The notes beneath the pieces were generated by a model. That model saw only the letters and a list, made by a program, of their open reading frames with translations. It searched no databases and was not told where the DNA came from. Below, piece by piece: positions 61,959-63,821 of a stretch of DNA of 63,821 nt; positions within the stretch are counted from its first letter, which is position 1; every line of letters starts with the position of its first letter. The stretch spans positions 4,426 through 68,246 of the forward strand of contig MU619380.1 in assembly GCA_025201805.1 (NCBI GenBank), written 5' to 3'. The stretch is from Parasitella parasitica NRRL 2501. Taxonomy: Eukaryota; Fungi; Mucoromycota. A program made the translations under genes and the position numbers.

Positions 61959-63653
61959 ATGTCCATAAGGAAGCAATCTCCTTATGGTCCGTTTGTAGAG
62001 CGAGTTCTACTACCGACGCTTCGAATTGGTTTGCTCTTATTAATTGTTTTAGCTGTAGGATTTGGCAGTTGGCTAGAAACCAGTGAATCTATCAGTGATT
62101 GCTCATTCAAGAGTAGCATGTCGTTTCACCAAGTATATTTGTACCGAAACATCACCAGCAATCTTACAACGCCAGACTCAGTATCGTTTGGCCTATGGAA
62201 AACATGTTATTTCTATGCTTTGAATTGCTCGTGTACGCCTACAAACTTGAGATATCAACCCGGTAAGCTCGAATCCTTGAAATCAAGATACCATTGTTTA
62301 TATGATAAATTAGACGTTTCGACGATCCTTCAGGTTGCGACTGAACATAATGCGATGCCGCCCCTGACAAAATCAACTTCTTTAAGTAGGATTATCCCAC
62401 TCATGTTAGGCACCATAATTGGAGGAGCTGCATTTTTCGTTGGACTTTGGGCGAATCGACGAGGAAAATATATGTTTAGAAAGATTGTAGTAGCACTGCT
62501 TTGCGTCTGCGCTATTTTAATCGCTTATGCCTTTGGATGGACTTATGATCAGTATTTCAAAATGATTGTAAAGACTTGTAAAGATCGCAATAATACAATT
62601 TATTGTGCTCGACATGCAGTCGGAATCGAGGTGGTTATTTTTGCTATAGCCCTTACTCTCCTCTTTATTGCCTTCATCTTTTGGTTCTTTGCATCAGCAT
62701 TTTTTACCAAGGAAGAGGATCTGTATGAGCAGGAAGAACCATTCAATCTTTTGTTCTGGAAGAAGAGATCGTCTGAAATACCAGAATACTTTCCAACAAA
62801 AAGGAGAAGGCCGATTCCAAGTGAGAAGCAATTGCAGGATACACCTCCGTACCAATCCCAAGATGAGTTGGCAGTATGGCATGATGCCAACATGTTTGAT
62901 GGTAAAGGCATTGAAGACGACGGCTACTGGGAAGCGCATCATGAAGATAAAGAGCACTATTACTACGATTCGCCTGTAGAGCAAAAACGTACTTCATCGC
63001 CCTTGAGCTCTAACGGAAAGGTATCATTGACGCCTCCTCCGCCTGTTAGCACAAACTATTTGAACAGTTCGCCGCGAGTTCATAGGTCGCGTATAGCATC
63101 AAATGAATTCAACAATTATCATGGTCGCAAGAGTCGCAAATCATCGGGCTACGACTATCACAACAATAACAGTGGAGCATTGTCACAGAAGCACCGACAA
63201 TCTACTACTACTAGAAAAGAGAGCAATGATTCCAGCTTCACATTTGGAAACAATAAACGACAGCATCGTAGAAGATCAAATGGTCGGCCTTTGCCTGAAT
63301 CGGATCAACAACAACAGCAAAAAGGCTCCATGAAACCAAAAAATAAGACGCCCACTAGCATGTCGCCCCATCCATTTCAATTTCCAACTAACAACGAAAC
63401 GACAATGAGAAATTCATTCTGCATGACGCCCTACTACAATGAAGACAATGGTTCCTCTGGTTCAAGCGGCTCGAGCAATGAATATTTCAATCATGCGAGA
63501 AGAACATCCAACCAGTTTCAAGTACCTATTCTAAGCATGCCACCTGCAGCCATTGAACATCCATTAAACAAGAAAATGATTACAGATAAACGTATCCAGA
63601 GCTATCTTCAACAACAGCAACAGCTGCAGCAACATTCGAATTCATCCAATTGA
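61959..63653 (+). CDS. SUR7/PalI/claudin-like 4-TM membrane protein with long disordered C-tail
   Basis: Four hydrophobic segments and the claudin-like motif SFGLWKTC..C in the first loop. There is a probable in-frame intron at 62263-62313. Confidence 0.7.
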   Translation: MSIRKQSPYGPFVERVLLPTLRIGLLLLIVLAVGFGSWLETSESISDCSFKSSMSFHQVYLYRNITSNLTTPDSVSFGLWKTCYFYALNCSCTPTNLRYQPGKLESLKSRYHCLYDKLDVSTILQVATEHNAMPPLTKSTSLSRIIPLMLGTIIGGAAFFVGLWANRRGKYMFRKIVVALLCVCAILIAYAFGWTYDQYFKMIVKTCKDRNNTIYCARHAVGIEVVIFAIALTLLFIAFIFWFFASAFFTKEEDLYEQEEPFNLLFWKKRSSEIPEYFPTKRRRPIPSEKQLQDTPPYQSQDELAVWHDANMFDGKGIEDDGYWEAHHEDKEHYYYDSPVEQKRTSSPLSSNGKVSLTPPPPVSTNYLNSSPRVHRSRIASNEFNNYHGRKSRKSSGYDYHNNNSGALSQKHRQSTTTRKESNDSSFTFGNNKRQHRRRSNGRPLPESDQQQQQKGSMKPKNKTPTSMSPHPFQFPTNNETTMRNSFCMTPYYNEDNGSSGSSGSSNEYFNHARRTSNQFQVPILSMPPAAIEHPLNKKMITDKRIQSYLQQQQQLQQHSNSSN

Positions 63654-63754
63654 ATATGATTAGAAAATGTATTATAACGTCTCCTTGTAGAGAATGTCTC
63701 TTTTCGTCTCCTCACCTCTCCTTTTCTCTCTTCTCCACATATTCTCCCCTTTTC

Positions 63755-63757
<3 letters not shown>

Positions 63758-63821
<64 letters not shown>
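63758..63821 (+). repeat. Poly-T run at window end
   Basis: More than 60 consecutive T. The length is unreliable because long homopolymers abut gaps elsewhere in this assembly. Confidence 0.9.

Noticed and set aside
1-63821. Stop-codon read-through (TGA-CTA) or cryptic PTS1 extensions; rRNA, tRNA and CRISPR features
   Set aside because: None of the stop contexts I inspected matched, and no such RNA genes or arrays were recognisable by eye.

Overview
This is a gene-dense fungal scaffold segment with short (about 50-85 nt) introns and several N-gaps. It is most consistent with a Mucorales (Mucoromycota) genome, an inference from gene content and intron style. About 20 protein-coding genes can be reconstructed, in order: Gyp8/TBC1D20-type RabGAP, condensin Ycg1/CAP-G, eEF1B-gamma, a White-collar-1-type LOV photoreceptor, a DPP8/9-like peptidase, an EF-hand MscS channel, a class IV chitin synthase, a myo-inositol-type MFS transporter, a GST, a His-rich orphan, a HutD + AstE/AspA deacylase fusion, NAPE-PLD, a CCX cation/Ca2+ exchanger, an AF4/Ebp1-like protein, Mrc1, an Lte1-like RasGEF, an Sls1-like protein, two tandem calmodulin-like proteins and a SUR7/PalI-like protein. 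Degenerate mobile DNA is also present: a LINE zf-RVT relic, a Helitron Pif1 helicase pseudogene, and a PD-(D/E)xK nuclease-like pseudogene interrupted by a CACTA-type transposase fragment. The three most notable items are (1) the intron-containing HutD-polyQ-AstE/AspA fusion, (2) a hidden last exon giving the WC-1 protein a non-canonical C-X2-C-X21-C-X2-C finger, and (3) the nested nuclease/transposase structure flanked by TAGC direct repeats. All family assignments come from manual motif recognition; no database searches were run.
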